DNA from: an uncultured bacterium
Lineage (GTDB): Bacteria; Bacillota_I; Bacilli_A; RFN20; CAG-826
Direction of reading: 5' to 3'
NCBI GenBank assembly: GCA_949293175.1
Contig: CASFCI010000003.1
Coordinates: forward strand, 78,899 to 142,898
Length of the DNA: 64,000 bases
Positions within the stretch are counted from its first letter, which is position 1, and every line of letters starts with the position of its first letter. This document shows positions 10,395-20,892 of the stretch, one piece after another. Under the pieces are notes generated by a model, which saw nothing but the letters and a program-made list of their open reading frames with translations, ran no database searches and was not told the origin of the DNA. A program made the translations under genes and the position numbers.

Positions 10395-11866
10395 ATCCTG
10401 CCGAAGCGGGCGAGCCGCTCCCGATATAGGGATAGCCGGGTTTGCAGCTCATCTAGGCTATCGAGGCGCCATGTCCAGTTGAAATCGTCGACCACGCCGG
10501 GGACGTTGAGCCGGGCGGAGCTATCAAGCCCCAGCACGTCCTGGGCGCTTAGTATCGCGAGGTATCCCGGCTTGGAGAGGCAGAAGTCGATGAGGTCCTC
10601 GACCATGTCGCCCTTATTGAACCCCATGCTGTTAAGGGCTTCGCGCCAAGCGTTGCGGTGGCCCTCGTCGAGGAGGGCGACGTAGCCGCGGGTGGTGTCG
10701 TTGTCGTGGGTGCCGAGGTAGCAGATCGAATTGACCTTGGAATAGCCCTCTTTGTGCATTAAAGCATCGTCGTCGAAGGTGAACTGGATGACGTTCATGC
10801 CGGGGAAGTCGTAATGGTCGCGCAGGGTCAATACCTCGGGTCGCAGGTCGCCGAGGTCCTCGGCGATGATCCTCACCTCGGGGTGGAGGGACAATAGCCT
10901 GTCGAACAAGGCGTATCCCGGGGCCTCGATCCACTCCCCCTCGATGGCGGTCGGGCAGCTCGCGGGTATCTTCCAGTAGGTGTCGAAGGCCCGGAAGTGG
11001 TCTAGGCGCAGGAAGTCGTAGACCTTCGAGCTGATGGCGATGCGGTTGATTATGAAGTCGAAGCCGGTGTCCTCAAGCTTCTTCCAGTCGTAGATCGGGT
11101 TGCCCCAGCGCTGGCCGGTCGCGGAGAAGTAATCCGGCGGTACCCCGGCGATGAAGGTCGGCTGCTTGCTGCTCTCTTCGAGCAGGAAGGTGTCCTGGTT
11201 GGCCCAGACGTCGCAGGAGTCGAACCCAACGTAGAACGGCAGGTCGCCGATTATGGAGATGCCTAGCTTATGGCAGTATTCGTGGAGCGCGTCGTATTGG
11301 CGGTAGAGGGTCATCTGCAGCCAGACCTCGAAGCGGTAGGCGTCGCGCTTTTCCCCGCGCAGGGCCGGGCGGGTCAATATCCAGTCGCGGTTCTCCTTGA
11401 CCCAGTTGTCCCAGGAGCGGGAATCGATGCGCTTGAACATCATGAAGGCGGCGTAGTCCTTGATCCAGGGGTGGGCCTTGACGAAGGCGGCGAGGCAATG
11501 CGGATGCTCGCTTAATTGCTTCTTATAGGCCTTCTGAAGCAGCGGCATCTTGTATTCGCGGCTCGCCTCATAGCTCACCTTGCCCTTCACGAGCCCGCCG
11601 AAGGGCGGGATCTCGTCGAGGTATCCCTTCTCCTTGAGGTCCTCGAGGTCGACGTAAAGCTCGTCCATGGCGAAGCTCGAGAACGGCTGGTATGGCGAAT
11701 GGCCATATCCGAGCGGGGTCAGCGGCAGGATCTGCCAATACTTGAACCCGGCCTTGGAAAGCGTGTCGGCGAAGGATCTGGCCTCCTTGCCGAAATCGCC
11801 GACCCCATAGGGGGAAGGCAATGAAGCGATGGGGAGCAAAATCCCCGCGGAGCGTGTTTTGTCCAT
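10391..11866 (-). CDS. malQ: 4-alpha-glucanotransferase (amylomaltase, GH77)
   Basis: The N-terminus SAGILLPIASLPSPYGVGDFG and overall GH77 layout are typical. 491 aa. Confidence 0.85.
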   Translation of the reverse strand: MDKTRSAGILLPIASLPSPYGVGDFGKEARSFADTLSKAGFKYWQILPLTPLGYGHSPYQPFSSFAMDELYVDLEDLKEKGYLDEIPPFGGLVKGKVSYEASREYKMPLLQKAYKKQLSEHPHCLAAFVKAHPWIKDYAAFMMFKRIDSRSWDNWVKENRDWILTRPALRGEKRDAYRFEVWLQMTLYRQYDALHEYCHKLGISIIGDLPFYVGFDSCDVWANQDTFLLEESSKQPTFIAGVPPDYFSATGQRWGNPIYDWKKLEDTGFDFIINRIAISSKVYDFLRLDHFRAFDTYWKIPASCPTAIEGEWIEAPGYALFDRLLSLHPEVRIIAEDLGDLRPEVLTLRDHYDFPGMNVIQFTFDDDALMHKEGYSKVNSICYLGTHDNDTTRGYVALLDEGHRNAWREALNSMGFNKGDMVEDLIDFCLSKPGYLAILSAQDVLGLDSSARLNVPGVVDDFNWTWRLDSLDELQTRLSLYRERLARFGRI

Positions 11867-11941
11867 ATTCAGTGCGTTTAGCCTCTCATTTTCGATATCT
11901 TAGCACAACCGGATAGGGGGCACTATGGGGATATGCTTCCT

Positions 11942-12817
11942 TTAGGAAGGGCGCCTCATTAGCCTAAGGCGGGCGCGCCGAAGGTCAGCCATTATCCGAG
12001 TATGGTCGAATGGCAAAGCGAATAGCGGCCCCAGGATAGCGGTTAGGATGGCGACGGGGAAGAAAAGCCAGAGCACCGGGACGAAGTAGAGCATCCCGTC
12101 CTTCCCGATGTAGGTCATCAGGTAGCGCGGCAAATAAGGGTATATCCCGCCGAAGATGGGATCGAGCACCGCGGAGGGCCCCATGGTGAAGGAGGCGTTG
12201 CTCATCCCGCAGTAGCGCGAGAAGAAGATGTCCCATGGGTAGGAGTACAAGGTCAGGTTGAGCAGCAGGTCGTTGACGAAGATCAATAGCTGCACCAGGC
12301 AGAACATGAAGGGTATCGCCCAAAGGCGATGGTAATTGAGTTCGTGGATCTTGGCGGCGCACATGCACGGCCCCACGAAGAGCAAGGGGGCGTGGCAGGC
12401 GTAGAAGCGGAAGGCCTCAAGATACCCCTCTAGGCTATGCAGGTTGACGCCGTCTAACCCCGTCGGGCCGAAAAGCACCACCAGGCAGGAGGCCATGCCG
12501 ATGTAATAGAGGTAGTCCCGCCCGTATTTCCCGCCGTAAAGGTAGAGGAAGGGGCTGATGACTATCAAGACGGAGCAAAGGTTCTCGAAGCTGCTTTTGG
12601 CTAGCGAGGTCGGGAAATCCTCAAGGTAGTATGGGCTAAGCTGCTTAAGGAAATGCAGCGCGAAGTTCGCCCACAGGATGAACAGGATCAGCCGGTTGGT
12701 GAACCTTTTGCCGAGGTTTTTGCATAGGAGCACGAGCAAAACGGCGCTAGAAAGCACCAGCAGCATGCATAGGAAATAAGGGAAGCTGAATATCGCTATG
12801 CCGGAAAGGACGGTCAT
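11942..12817 (-). CDS. polytopic membrane protein, unknown (in gal/mal block)
   Basis: 291 aa and very hydrophobic. A 4-nt overlap with galK implies co-transcription. Confidence 0.4.
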   Translation of the reverse strand: MTVLSGIAIFSFPYFLCMLLVLSSAVLLVLLCKNLGKRFTNRLILFILWANFALHFLKQLSPYYLEDFPTSLAKSSFENLCSVLIVISPFLYLYGGKYGRDYLYYIGMASCLVVLFGPTGLDGVNLHSLEGYLEAFRFYACHAPLLFVGPCMCAAKIHELNYHRLWAIPFMFCLVQLLIFVNDLLLNLTLYSYPWDIFFSRYCGMSNASFTMGPSAVLDPIFGGIYPYLPRYLMTYIGKDGMLYFVPVLWLFFPVAILTAILGPLFALPFDHTRIMADLRRARLRLMRRPS

Positions 12818-13989
12818 TCGACGAACTTCGGCCCGCCGGAGACCAGGCTCACGACCCTGACCCCGGATTCGCCGTAATACTTCTTGGCCATCTGGAGGAA
12901 CCCCGGCAGATCGCGCGGATAGAGGAAGGCGATGCAGCTGCCGGCGAACCCGCCGCCCATAATCCTCATCGCCCCGGCCCCGAGGTAGGGGGTGAGGCGG
13001 TCGATGGCCTCCTGCGGGGAGAATGGGTAATGCAGCGGGACCATGGTGTTCTGCAGCATCGCCGTCGAGGAGTAGCCCGACTGCCTGATCTGCTCGAGGA
13101 AGTCGTCGGGGGAGGACTCGCGGATGGCCTTCGCGGCCGCCTGCACCCTGACGTTCTCCTCATAGAAATGGGTCGCCCTCATCTTGGCGAGCTCGCTCAC
13201 CGAGGAATTGGGCATGCCGATGCGGGCGAAGAAATCGGCCCGGGAGACCTGTCGCAGGTACTCCTTGCCGAAGAGGTTCTTGGCGACGCTTTTCATGTCA
13301 TCGCCGATCGAGGCGTATTCGCCGGTCAGCCCCGCGTGGGAGCCGCCCGAATTCACCAGCACGGCATGCAGCGGGAGCTTCCACTCCAGCGGCTCGACAC
13401 CCGGCTTGTCGAGGTCGAGGAAATCGACGTAGTTCAATCCGCCGAGGCAGCTGCCGATCTGATCGAGCAACCCGCACGGCTTGCCGAAGTAGACGTTCTC
13501 GGCGTATTGGCCGATCTTGGCCATCTCCATGGGGTCCATGTGGCCGTCGTTGTATAGGCTATCGAGTATCCCGGCGATGAGGGACTCGAAGCAGGCGCTC
13601 GAGCTCACGCCCGCGCCCTTGAAGATGTCCGAGTCGAGGTAGGCCTCGAAGCCGCCTATCTTGTAGCCGAGCTCCTTCATCTTGGCGGCCACGCCGCGGA
13701 TGAGCCCCTGCGAGGATGAATGCTCGCTCGCTTTCGGGGCGAGGTCCTCGTGGAGCAGGTCGACCTCGGCGGGCCGGTAGCCCTTCGATATCACCCTGAT
13801 GACGCCGTCTTCCGTCTTCCTCACGGCGGCGAGCGTCCCCATATCGACCCCGCCCACCAGGCAAAGCCCGTGGTTGTGGTCGGTGTGGTTGCCGATTATC
13901 TCCAGCCTCCCGTGAGCCTGAAACAGGTAATCCGGGTCGAAGAAGAAGGACTTGGCAAAGCCCTCCCTCACTTTTTCTTTGTCGATCAT
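12814..13989 (-). CDS. galK: galactokinase
   Basis: Galactokinase signature GRLEIIGNHTDHNHG and a GHMP kinase motif region. 391 aa. Confidence 0.9.
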   Translation of the reverse strand: MIDKEKVREGFAKSFFFDPDYLFQAHGRLEIIGNHTDHNHGLCLVGGVDMGTLAAVRKTEDGVIRVISKGYRPAEVDLLHEDLAPKASEHSSSQGLIRGVAAKMKELGYKIGGFEAYLDSDIFKGAGVSSSACFESLIAGILDSLYNDGHMDPMEMAKIGQYAENVYFGKPCGLLDQIGSCLGGLNYVDFLDLDKPGVEPLEWKLPLHAVLVNSGGSHAGLTGEYASIGDDMKSVAKNLFGKEYLRQVSRADFFARIGMPNSSVSELAKMRATHFYEENVRVQAAAKAIRESSPDDFLEQIRQSGYSSTAMLQNTMVPLHYPFSPQEAIDRLTPYLGAGAMRIMGGGFAGSCIAFLYPRDLPGFLQMAKKYYGESGVRVVSLVSGGPKFVE

Positions 13990-15485
13990 AGGCCGATCCC
14001 TCCAATGAATTTATCTAGGCCCTGCTGGCCTTTTTTATCGTGCTTATACACCGCGACGTCGCCTAGGATATCGCGGCAGGTCGAGGCGAGGTATTCCTTC
14101 TCGTCCATGCCAGATTGTAGCTTGCCGTACATCTGGGCGAACCCCTCCCCCGCCAGTCCGGGGTCATCCTCCACTATGGCTTGTAGCGGCTTCCCGGCCT
14201 TGATGCCGTCGACGAGCTCGCCGATCTGACGCTTAAGGCGGGCTGGCAATATGAAGAGCCCCGCCGCCTCGATCAGCCCGATGCCCTCGCGCTTGATGTG
14301 GAAGCGCTCGGGATGGACGTGGAAGATGCCATCCGGGTAGGCCTCGTCGCAGCGGTTGTTGCGCAAGATGATGTAGAGGCGGTAATCGTCCCCCACCTTC
14401 CTGCCGATCGGGGTGATGGTCGAGTGCTGCCCCGCCCCATCGCGGCTTATTATCCCGTTTTCTAGATCGTCGTAGCCGCGCCAGGCGAGCAATATCCTCT
14501 CCCCGGCGTCGAGGATCTCCTGCTTGTCCTTGCCCTGCAGGCAGAGGCAGGTGTCGTGGAAGTCGACCTGCCAAAGCTTCGTGTGGGATAGTCCGGTCTT
14601 GAATTCCTTGCTGAATCCGGCCTGCAGCAGCGGCAGCATGTGGCCACCGCCCTGGAAGTGCTCGTGGTCGAGTATCGAGCCCCCCACTATCGGGAGGTCG
14701 GAGTTCGATCCCATGAAGAAGCAGGGGAAGGCATCGACAAAGTCGAGCAGCGTCGCGAGTATCCCCCTGTCCATCCTCATCGGGGAATGGGCGTCGTTGA
14801 ATAGGATGCAGTGCTTGTGGTAGTAGACGTAAGGCGAGTATTGCAGGTACCACCTCCCCGAGGGGAAGTCTAGCGCCAGGTAGCGGATGTTCTCCCGCGC
14901 CGGGTGGGTCGGCGTCCCGGCATAGCCGAGGTTCTCCTTGCAAAGCAGGCATTTGGGATAGCCGGTCGCCTTCTTGGTGAGCAGTTTGGCGATGTCTTTG
15001 TTGTTCTTCTCCGGCTTGGAGAGGTTGATCGATATCTCCAGCGGAGACCCCTCCTTGAACGAATACGGGAAGACGATGTTCCGGTCGACCTTCGACTTGG
15101 CGATGTAGTAGTTGGCTATCGAGAGGCGGTATAGGTAATCGAGGGCCTCGTCCGGCTTGCCCTGCCCGACTAGATCGCGGCAATGGGCGTTGACGTTCTC
15201 CGGGGAAGGCGAAAGCAGCCCGAGCACGTAGACGGCGAAGCGCTCGGCCTCCCCCTCGTCGCCTCCCCTTTCGGCCTTATATCCCTCCATAAGGTCGGCC
15301 ACGACTCCGTCTGGCAGGGTGGCGAGCTCGGCCTTTTCCAGGTCGACCTCCCCGAGGTAGGGGGCGTCCTCGCCTAGGTAATGCAAAAGCAGGTTGCGCT
15401 TATAGATGGCGTCGAGCTCGCCGAGCCCTAGGTGGGCCCTGGCGTAGGCAATGGCTTCCTCGATGGCTTGTAGCAGCATCGTCAT
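13986..15485 (-). CDS. galT: UDP-glucose--hexose-1-phosphate uridylyltransferase (type-2 GalT, Firmicutes form)
   Basis: A length of 499 aa is typical of family-2 GalT. It sits between galK and galM with 4-nt overlaps on both sides. Confidence 0.8.
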   Translation of the reverse strand: MTMLLQAIEEAIAYARAHLGLGELDAIYKRNLLLHYLGEDAPYLGEVDLEKAELATLPDGVVADLMEGYKAERGGDEGEAERFAVYVLGLLSPSPENVNAHCRDLVGQGKPDEALDYLYRLSIANYYIAKSKVDRNIVFPYSFKEGSPLEISINLSKPEKNNKDIAKLLTKKATGYPKCLLCKENLGYAGTPTHPARENIRYLALDFPSGRWYLQYSPYVYYHKHCILFNDAHSPMRMDRGILATLLDFVDAFPCFFMGSNSDLPIVGGSILDHEHFQGGGHMLPLLQAGFSKEFKTGLSHTKLWQVDFHDTCLCLQGKDKQEILDAGERILLAWRGYDDLENGIISRDGAGQHSTITPIGRKVGDDYRLYIILRNNRCDEAYPDGIFHVHPERFHIKREGIGLIEAAGLFILPARLKRQIGELVDGIKAGKPLQAIVEDDPGLAGEGFAQMYGKLQSGMDEKEYLASTCRDILGDVAVYKHDKKGQQGLDKFIGGIGL

Positions 15486-16438
15486 TCCTCCTTGAACGCG
15501 TAGATGTGGCGGCTGACCGCGGTGGTCCCGCCCTTGACGAGGATCGACTTCGGGTCGGATGGGTATTTGACCTCCTCCAGGGTGAAGTTGAGGTATCCGC
15601 CGCCCTTCTTCGGCATGGTGAATACCTGCAGGGCATCAGAGGAGGTGTATAGGGTCATGGTTATCCCATTCCCCTTGGCCTCGGCGGCCGGGGTCAGGAA
15701 ATCGCGCCGGTCGAGGATGAAGGCGTGGTCGTAGCCCTGCAGCCGCTTGCACGACTGCACCAAGGCCGAGGAGGCCCATTTGCCGATCTCCATCCCCGAG
15801 GAGAAGTCGAATTCCTTCTCGCAGGCGACGTCGCCTTGGGGCAGCAGCTCCGCGTCATAGGTCGCGTGGCGGTGGGCGTTTAGGCGCAGATAGACGCCGC
15901 TTACGTCGTCTAGCCCCAGGTTGAAGTAGGCGTGGTTGGTCAGGTTTATCGGCGAGTCGAGTTCCGGCGTCGCCTCGTAGACCAATAGGAGCATTGGCGA
16001 GTCGTCGGAAAGCAGATACGTGACCTTGACGTCGAGCTTGCTAGGATAAGCCTCGCCGAGGTTATCCAATGAAAGCGAGTACTCGGCGCAGGCGGAATGG
16101 TAGGTGTCGGATAGATTCAAAGCGAACCGCTTGTCGTGGATGGCGATGGAGGAGGAATGCAGCGCGTTGGCGCCCTCGTTGCCGTCTAGGCGGTATTCCT
16201 TGCCCCCTACTATGTAGCGGGCGCCTTTGATCCGGCCGGCCATCGGGCCGACGGTCTTTCCGAAGTAGAACCGCGAGTAGTACTCGAGGTCATCGGGGAC
16301 GTATAGCAATTGCTTCCCCTTATACGAAAGCGAATAGATGCCGGCCCCGACGTCGGAGAAGGTGGCCTCGAGCCCGGTGCTCGACTTAAGGCGGAGGAAG
16401 TTTATCCCCGCTTTTGAGAATATGTCTTTTTCCATCAA
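15482..16438 (-). CDS. galM: aldose 1-epimerase (galactose mutarotase)
   Basis: 318 aa with an aldose-epimerase beta-sandwich pattern. It is the first gene of the galM-galT-galK block. Confidence 0.75.
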   Translation of the reverse strand: MMEKDIFSKAGINFLRLKSSTGLEATFSDVGAGIYSLSYKGKQLLYVPDDLEYYSRFYFGKTVGPMAGRIKGARYIVGGKEYRLDGNEGANALHSSSIAIHDKRFALNLSDTYHSACAEYSLSLDNLGEAYPSKLDVKVTYLLSDDSPMLLLVYEATPELDSPINLTNHAYFNLGLDDVSGVYLRLNAHRHATYDAELLPQGDVACEKEFDFSSGMEIGKWASSALVQSCKRLQGYDHAFILDRRDFLTPAAEAKGNGITMTLYTSSDALQVFTMPKKGGGYLNFTLEEVKYPSDPKSILVKGGTTAVSRHIYAFKEE

Positions 16439-16474
16439 GCCGATTATATGCCAAAGACGGATGGTTTCCTATAC

Positions 16475-18046
16475 TCATAGGAAGGGGGCGATGGCCTTAA
16501 GCAGCCCCCAGTAGTACTTGTTCTTCCTCTCCCACCTCGCGTAGTCCTCCATCGTCACCTGCTTGGAGACGGCGATGGTGTCGAGGTAATCGCGCTTCAT
16601 GTTCTTTATGGCCGGGTGAGCGTAAAGCAGGGTCCCGTTCTCGAAGTGGAGGTATAGCGACCGGTAGTCGAGGTTGATGGTCCCCACGGTCGCGATGGCG
16701 TCGTCGGAGACGAACATCTTCTCGTGGACAAAGCCGGGGGTGTACTCATACACCTTGGCCCCGGAGAGCAGCAGCTTCTTGTAGTTTGACCTGGTCAAGC
16801 CGAAAACCGCCTTCTTGTCGGGTATGTGGGGCGTCAGCACCCGCACGTCGACGCCCGACTTCGCGGCGAAGCAAAGGGCGTTCTCCATCTCGGAGTCCAT
16901 GATGAGGTATGGGGTGGCGATGTAGACGTATTTCGTCGCCCGCTCGATGATCGAGAGGTAGACCCGCTCCCCCACCGGCTCGCCGTCGTAAGGCAAGTCG
17001 GCGTAGGGCTCGACGTAGCCCTCCTCCTCCGGATAGCCGCCGATCTCGTCGATGTGCGAGGAGCAGTGGTAGTACGCTTTGTCTATGACCTCGCCCGGAT
17101 GGGACAGCAGCCAATCGGAGAGGAAGGTGAGCGTATAGGCGGTGACGGCCTCCCCCCGGACTAGGATCGCGTTGTCCTTCCAGTGCCCGAACCGCTCCTT
17201 CTTGTTCAGGTACTCGTCGGCGATGTTGAAGCCGCCGGTGAAGGCGGTATGCCCATCGACTATGAGGATCTTGCGGTGGTTGCGGTTGTTCTGCCGGACA
17301 TCCAATAACGGCCGGAACCGGTTGAACGGGGTGACCTTGATGCCGAGCCTCTCCATCCGCTCGGGGAAGGAATCGTCGACCGTGGTTAGGCTGCCGACGT
17401 CGTCGTAGATGATCCTGACGTCGACCCCATCCGCGGCCTTTTTGCGCAGAATCTCGAGCATCGAGGAGAAGAAGACGCCCTTTTCCTCGATGATGAAGAA
17501 CTCGATGAAGATGTAGTGCTTGGCCTTCGACAGCTCGCGCAGCATCGCTTCGAGGACGAAGTCCGCCAGCGGGAAGTACTCCACGCTGCAGTGGCGGTAT
17601 GGGATTATCTTGTCGACGTTGTATAGGAAGCAGGAGATGTTGTAGCAGGGGTCGGAGAACTTCCGTAGCCCCTGCTTCTCCTCCTCGTCCCAATCCTGCT
17701 CGATCACCGGCAGCACCATCTTCCGCGTGCCGTCCCTCACCCGGCGGGTGTTCTGCTTATTGGCGAAGAACAAGTAAAGGAAAAGCCCGACCCCGGGAAG
17801 GACGAAGACGACCAGCATCCAGCTCAGCCGGTAGGCATCGGAAGAGGTGGAATTGAGGATGTAGAACCCCGCCACGTCGGAGGCGGCGCATAGGGCCACC
17901 ACGATGATGATGACCCAGGCCGGGTTGAGGCCCGAGAAGCCGGACAGCCAAAGGAAAAGAACCAGCAGCAGGACGAACTGGACCAGGATCAGGAAGGCGA
18001 TGATCGCTTTCCTGGCGAACCCGCGCGAGAGCAGCTTCCGTATCAT
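16475..18046 (-). CDS. cls: cardiolipin synthase (two PLD HKD motifs)
   Basis: Two N-terminal TM helices, then HKD motifs HRKILIVDG and HEKMFVSDD. The likely start is Met at 18046 (ATGA overlap with the upstream ORF stop); the tracked ORF extends to 18103. Confidence 0.85.
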   Translation of the reverse strand: MIRKLLSRGFARKAIIAFLILVQFVLLLVLFLWLSGFSGLNPAWVIIIVVALCAASDVAGFYILNSTSSDAYRLSWMLVVFVLPGVGLFLYLFFANKQNTRRVRDGTRKMVLPVIEQDWDEEEKQGLRKFSDPCYNISCFLYNVDKIIPYRHCSVEYFPLADFVLEAMLRELSKAKHYIFIEFFIIEEKGVFFSSMLEILRKKAADGVDVRIIYDDVGSLTTVDDSFPERMERLGIKVTPFNRFRPLLDVRQNNRNHRKILIVDGHTAFTGGFNIADEYLNKKERFGHWKDNAILVRGEAVTAYTLTFLSDWLLSHPGEVIDKAYYHCSSHIDEIGGYPEEEGYVEPYADLPYDGEPVGERVYLSIIERATKYVYIATPYLIMDSEMENALCFAAKSGVDVRVLTPHIPDKKAVFGLTRSNYKKLLLSGAKVYEYTPGFVHEKMFVSDDAIATVGTINLDYRSLYLHFENGTLLYAHPAIKNMKRDYLDTIAVSKQVTMEDYARWERKNKYYWGLLKAIAPFL

Positions 18047-18549
18047 AGCGACATGAGGAAGGCGTAGGCTTCGCGCAGCTGAGCGATGTGGCTCTGGCGG
18101 CATAGCAGGCCCTTGAAGTCCTTCGCCTCATCTTTCCCCTTCCTATCTAGGGCGCGCAGCATCGACTTGGCCTCGCGGAGGTCATCGGGGGATAAGGGCA
18201 GCTCGCGCCGAGTATCGAATAGCAGCGGGTAGAAGCAAAACGCCGCCTTGATTAGGGTCAGCGAGCCTTTGTCTATGCAAGGCGAGTCGAGCTCGTCTAG
18301 GCCGAAATAGCGATGCGGCAGCCCGCTTGGTAACGGCAGCAATTCGCAATACCCGACTATCGGCAGCCTCCTTCCGCCCATAGCCCATGAGCGGACGCGC
18401 CCGACCTCGCATAGCGAATCCGGGACGAAGCTCGCCACCGGCAGGCTGTATTTCCCATCCTCGCCCCGCAGCAATAGCAATCCCCGGCCATCGGTAATGG
18501 CGACGGCCCTATCCTCGTTTCCCTTCATATCCGGCCTCCATATTGCCAA
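18043..18549 (-). CDS. hypothetical protein (translationally coupled to cls)
   Basis: 168 aa with no recognisable motif. It shows overlap-coupling with the cls start. Confidence 0.3.
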   Translation of the reverse strand: MAIWRPDMKGNEDRAVAITDGRGLLLLRGEDGKYSLPVASFVPDSLCEVGRVRSWAMGGRRLPIVGYCELLPLPSGLPHRYFGLDELDSPCIDKGSLTLIKAAFCFYPLLFDTRRELPLSPDDLREAKSMLRALDRKGKDEAKDFKGLLCRQSHIAQLREAYAFLMSL

Positions 18550-19429
18550 AGGCGACGTCGCAGTGCCTCATCGTTTTGCCGAAATGGCAGCCGTCGTGGT
18601 CCGTGCGGTCGACGAACCGGCTCAGCCCCTCGACGTCGTTGTGGTCGATCAGCGGGTAGATCCGGAGGTAGTCGAGCAACGCCTGGTCGAGCAGCTCCGG
18701 GAACGAATCGGTCCGCTCCTCCCCGCTCTCCGGGACCTTCCAGGCCGAATGGGAGAGGTTGAGCACGTCGAGCTCCTTGGCTTGCCTTAAGCTGGCGGGG
18801 TAGCTCATGCCATAGGCCAGCGAGTATTTCCCGACGAGGCGGAACAATATCCGCTTCGCGCCGGTAATCGAGAAGAGGAAGCGCTCGGTGCGGCTAAACG
18901 CGTTGACCGAGGCGACGTAATCCCCCGCCAGAGCCCCCTCGATTCCCTCGAATAGGAGGGAGAAGCGCTCAATCTCCTCGCGAGAGAAATCGAATAGCCT
19001 ACCCGGGTTGCGGTATTGGCCTTCCCGCTTGCCGAGCATCTTATCGATATAGGCCTCGAGCTTCCCATGGGCGAATTTGTAGTAGCCGACGAGCTCTCCG
19101 TCCGCGTCGAACCCCGAACGGTAGAAGACGTAAGGGTGGGCGACGCGGTCGAGGCAGTAATGGAGCCAAAGCCCCTTGACCAGGGAACGGCCGTCCTCAT
19201 CGGCCCGCTCATAGATTGTCGAATAGGGGACGGAGACGTCGGTGTGGTGCAGCCTCTCCCCCACCGCGTTGATCCTTTCCTTGCCCGCCTTCTCGCCCCA
19301 AGGCAAAGTGGCGTAGTAGAAGAACGGGTCCGGGCCCTGGGCGCCGAGAAGAAACGGCTCGGGCCTGACGTCGGGAAGGCTTTCCAATGCCCTAAGGGCG
19401 AGTATGTGGTGGGTTAGGGCGGCCGGCAC
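18509..19429 (-). CDS. zinc-dependent phospholipase C-like / S1-P1 nuclease-fold hydrolase
   Basis: N-terminal LTHHIL...GAQGPDPFFY and HYCLDRVAHPY (H-x3-D-x3-H), resembling the Zn-ligand pattern of the Zn_dep_PLPC family. Confidence 0.4.
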   Translation of the reverse strand: MPAALTHHILALRALESLPDVRPEPFLLGAQGPDPFFYYATLPWGEKAGKERINAVGERLHHTDVSVPYSTIYERADEDGRSLVKGLWLHYCLDRVAHPYVFYRSGFDADGELVGYYKFAHGKLEAYIDKMLGKREGQYRNPGRLFDFSREEIERFSLLFEGIEGALAGDYVASVNAFSRTERFLFSITGAKRILFRLVGKYSLAYGMSYPASLRQAKELDVLNLSHSAWKVPESGEERTDSFPELLDQALLDYLRIYPLIDHNDVEGLSRFVDRTDHDGCHFGKTMRHCDVAFGNMEAGYEGKRG

Positions 19430-20880
19430 TAATCGTCACCCCCAAGCGATTCGAGGCCCTTGGCGATCTTGGTCTTGCTAAGCTTCACGTTCTTGACGAA
19501 GAGGAAAACGATCAAGGCACCCAGAACCGCCGAGAAGGCGTAGACCGGGAGGTATCCGAAGGAGAAGCCCTCGTTCAATAGCAGCAAGCCGATGAGGCAG
19601 GGGGTGACAGTCTGCGCCGCCATCGAGGAGGCGTAGTAGTAGCCGGTGAAGGCCCCGACCTTCTTCGAGGAGCATAGCTCGACGACCATCGGGTAGGAGT
19701 TTACGTGGACCAGCGACATCCCGAAGCCCTTCAGCACCCAGACGGCGTAGAGGTAGATCGGGAAGGGGTTGAACTCGCCCTGCGGGACGTCCTTCGGCGG
19801 GATCGCGAACCCGCATAGAACCCAGATGAGCAGCCCGGCGGCGGTCAAAGAAAGCCCAAGCATGACGGTCCATTTCCTGCCGATCTTCCCGGCGAGGATG
19901 CCGCCCACAAGGAAGCCGATGACGGAGGCCGCCCCGCCGCCGATGGTCAGTATCATCGAGTTGGAGGATTCGCAGCGCAGGTAGTAGATGGTGTAGTTGT
20001 TGAGGAAGGTGGAGATGCCGTTGTCGGCCATAAACCAGAGGAACTCGGCCCCCAGGATGAGGAAGAGCATGATCTTGTTCGCCCTGCTCATCGGGGCGTC
20101 GTCGTCGACCTTGTCTACCGACTGCGATTCCATCTCGCCCCGATTCATCTCCTCCGCCAGGTCACGGGCGAGCTTGTTCTCCTTTATCTTGAAGAATAGC
20201 ACCATGGCCGAGATTATCATCAAGGCCGAGGCCACCAAAAACGGGGTCTCGATGATCCAGATGTTCGGCTTGCCGGTATTGTAGTCCTTGAGGTAGTCGG
20301 TGAAGACGCAGAAGATGCCCATCAAGGTGGCGCAGGCCCCGCCGACGTAGCCCATAATGTTGATGACGCCATTCGCCTTCGAGCGCAGGGGCTTCGGGGT
20401 GATGTCCGGCATCAGCGCGACCGCTGGGTTGCGGTACATCATGGCGAAGAAGACGACGATGGCCATGGTGACGATGAGCCCGGCTAAGCTATGGAAATGG
20501 AATGCCAGCGGGATGAAGGGGAAGGCGATGGCGCATACGGCGGTGCCGACCAGGATGTATGGCATGCGCTTGCCTAATCTCGTGTGGGTTTTGTCGCTGA
20601 GATGGCCGAATATCGGCAGCATGATCAGGGCGGCTAGGTTGTCCAAAGCCATGACGATGCCGACCAAATACTGGACGGATTCCTCGTCATCGGTGTGGAA
20701 CGCCTCCATGAACAGCTCGGTGAGCATCGGGCTGCACCAGGAGTCGTATACCTGCCATAGCAGCAATATGCCGAAGAAGGCGAACCCGATGATCAGGGTG
20801 CGCTTATAGTTCAGCTTTAGGGGCGGAAGTCCCGCTTCGTTTGGTTTTGTCTCTGCCATGTATTTGATTTTAGCCCCCAA
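19429..20880 (-). CDS. MFS transporter (GPH/glycoside-cation symporter-like)
   Basis: 483 aa and 12 predicted TM helices, with the characteristic charged loop between TM2 and TM3. Confidence 0.7.
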   Translation of the reverse strand: MGAKIKYMAETKPNEAGLPPLKLNYKRTLIIGFAFFGILLLWQVYDSWCSPMLTELFMEAFHTDDEESVQYLVGIVMALDNLAALIMLPIFGHLSDKTHTRLGKRMPYILVGTAVCAIAFPFIPLAFHFHSLAGLIVTMAIVVFFAMMYRNPAVALMPDITPKPLRSKANGVINIMGYVGGACATLMGIFCVFTDYLKDYNTGKPNIWIIETPFLVASALMIISAMVLFFKIKENKLARDLAEEMNRGEMESQSVDKVDDDAPMSRANKIMLFLILGAEFLWFMADNGISTFLNNYTIYYLRCESSNSMILTIGGGAASVIGFLVGGILAGKIGRKWTVMLGLSLTAAGLLIWVLCGFAIPPKDVPQGEFNPFPIYLYAVWVLKGFGMSLVHVNSYPMVVELCSSKKVGAFTGYYYASSMAAQTVTPCLIGLLLLNEGFSFGYLPVYAFSAVLGALIVFLFVKNVKLSKTKIAKGLESLGGDD

Positions 20881-20892
20881 ATGTGGGCATTG

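Noticed and set aside
14233-15183. 316-aa ORF inside galT on the same strand in another frame, and many similar R/G/P-rich ORFs (e.g. 16746..17693, 9121..9648, 7324..7947, 3148..3489)
   Set aside because: These are alternative-frame artifacts typical of 60% GC DNA. They have R/P/G-rich composition and no motifs, and each overlaps a well-supported gene.
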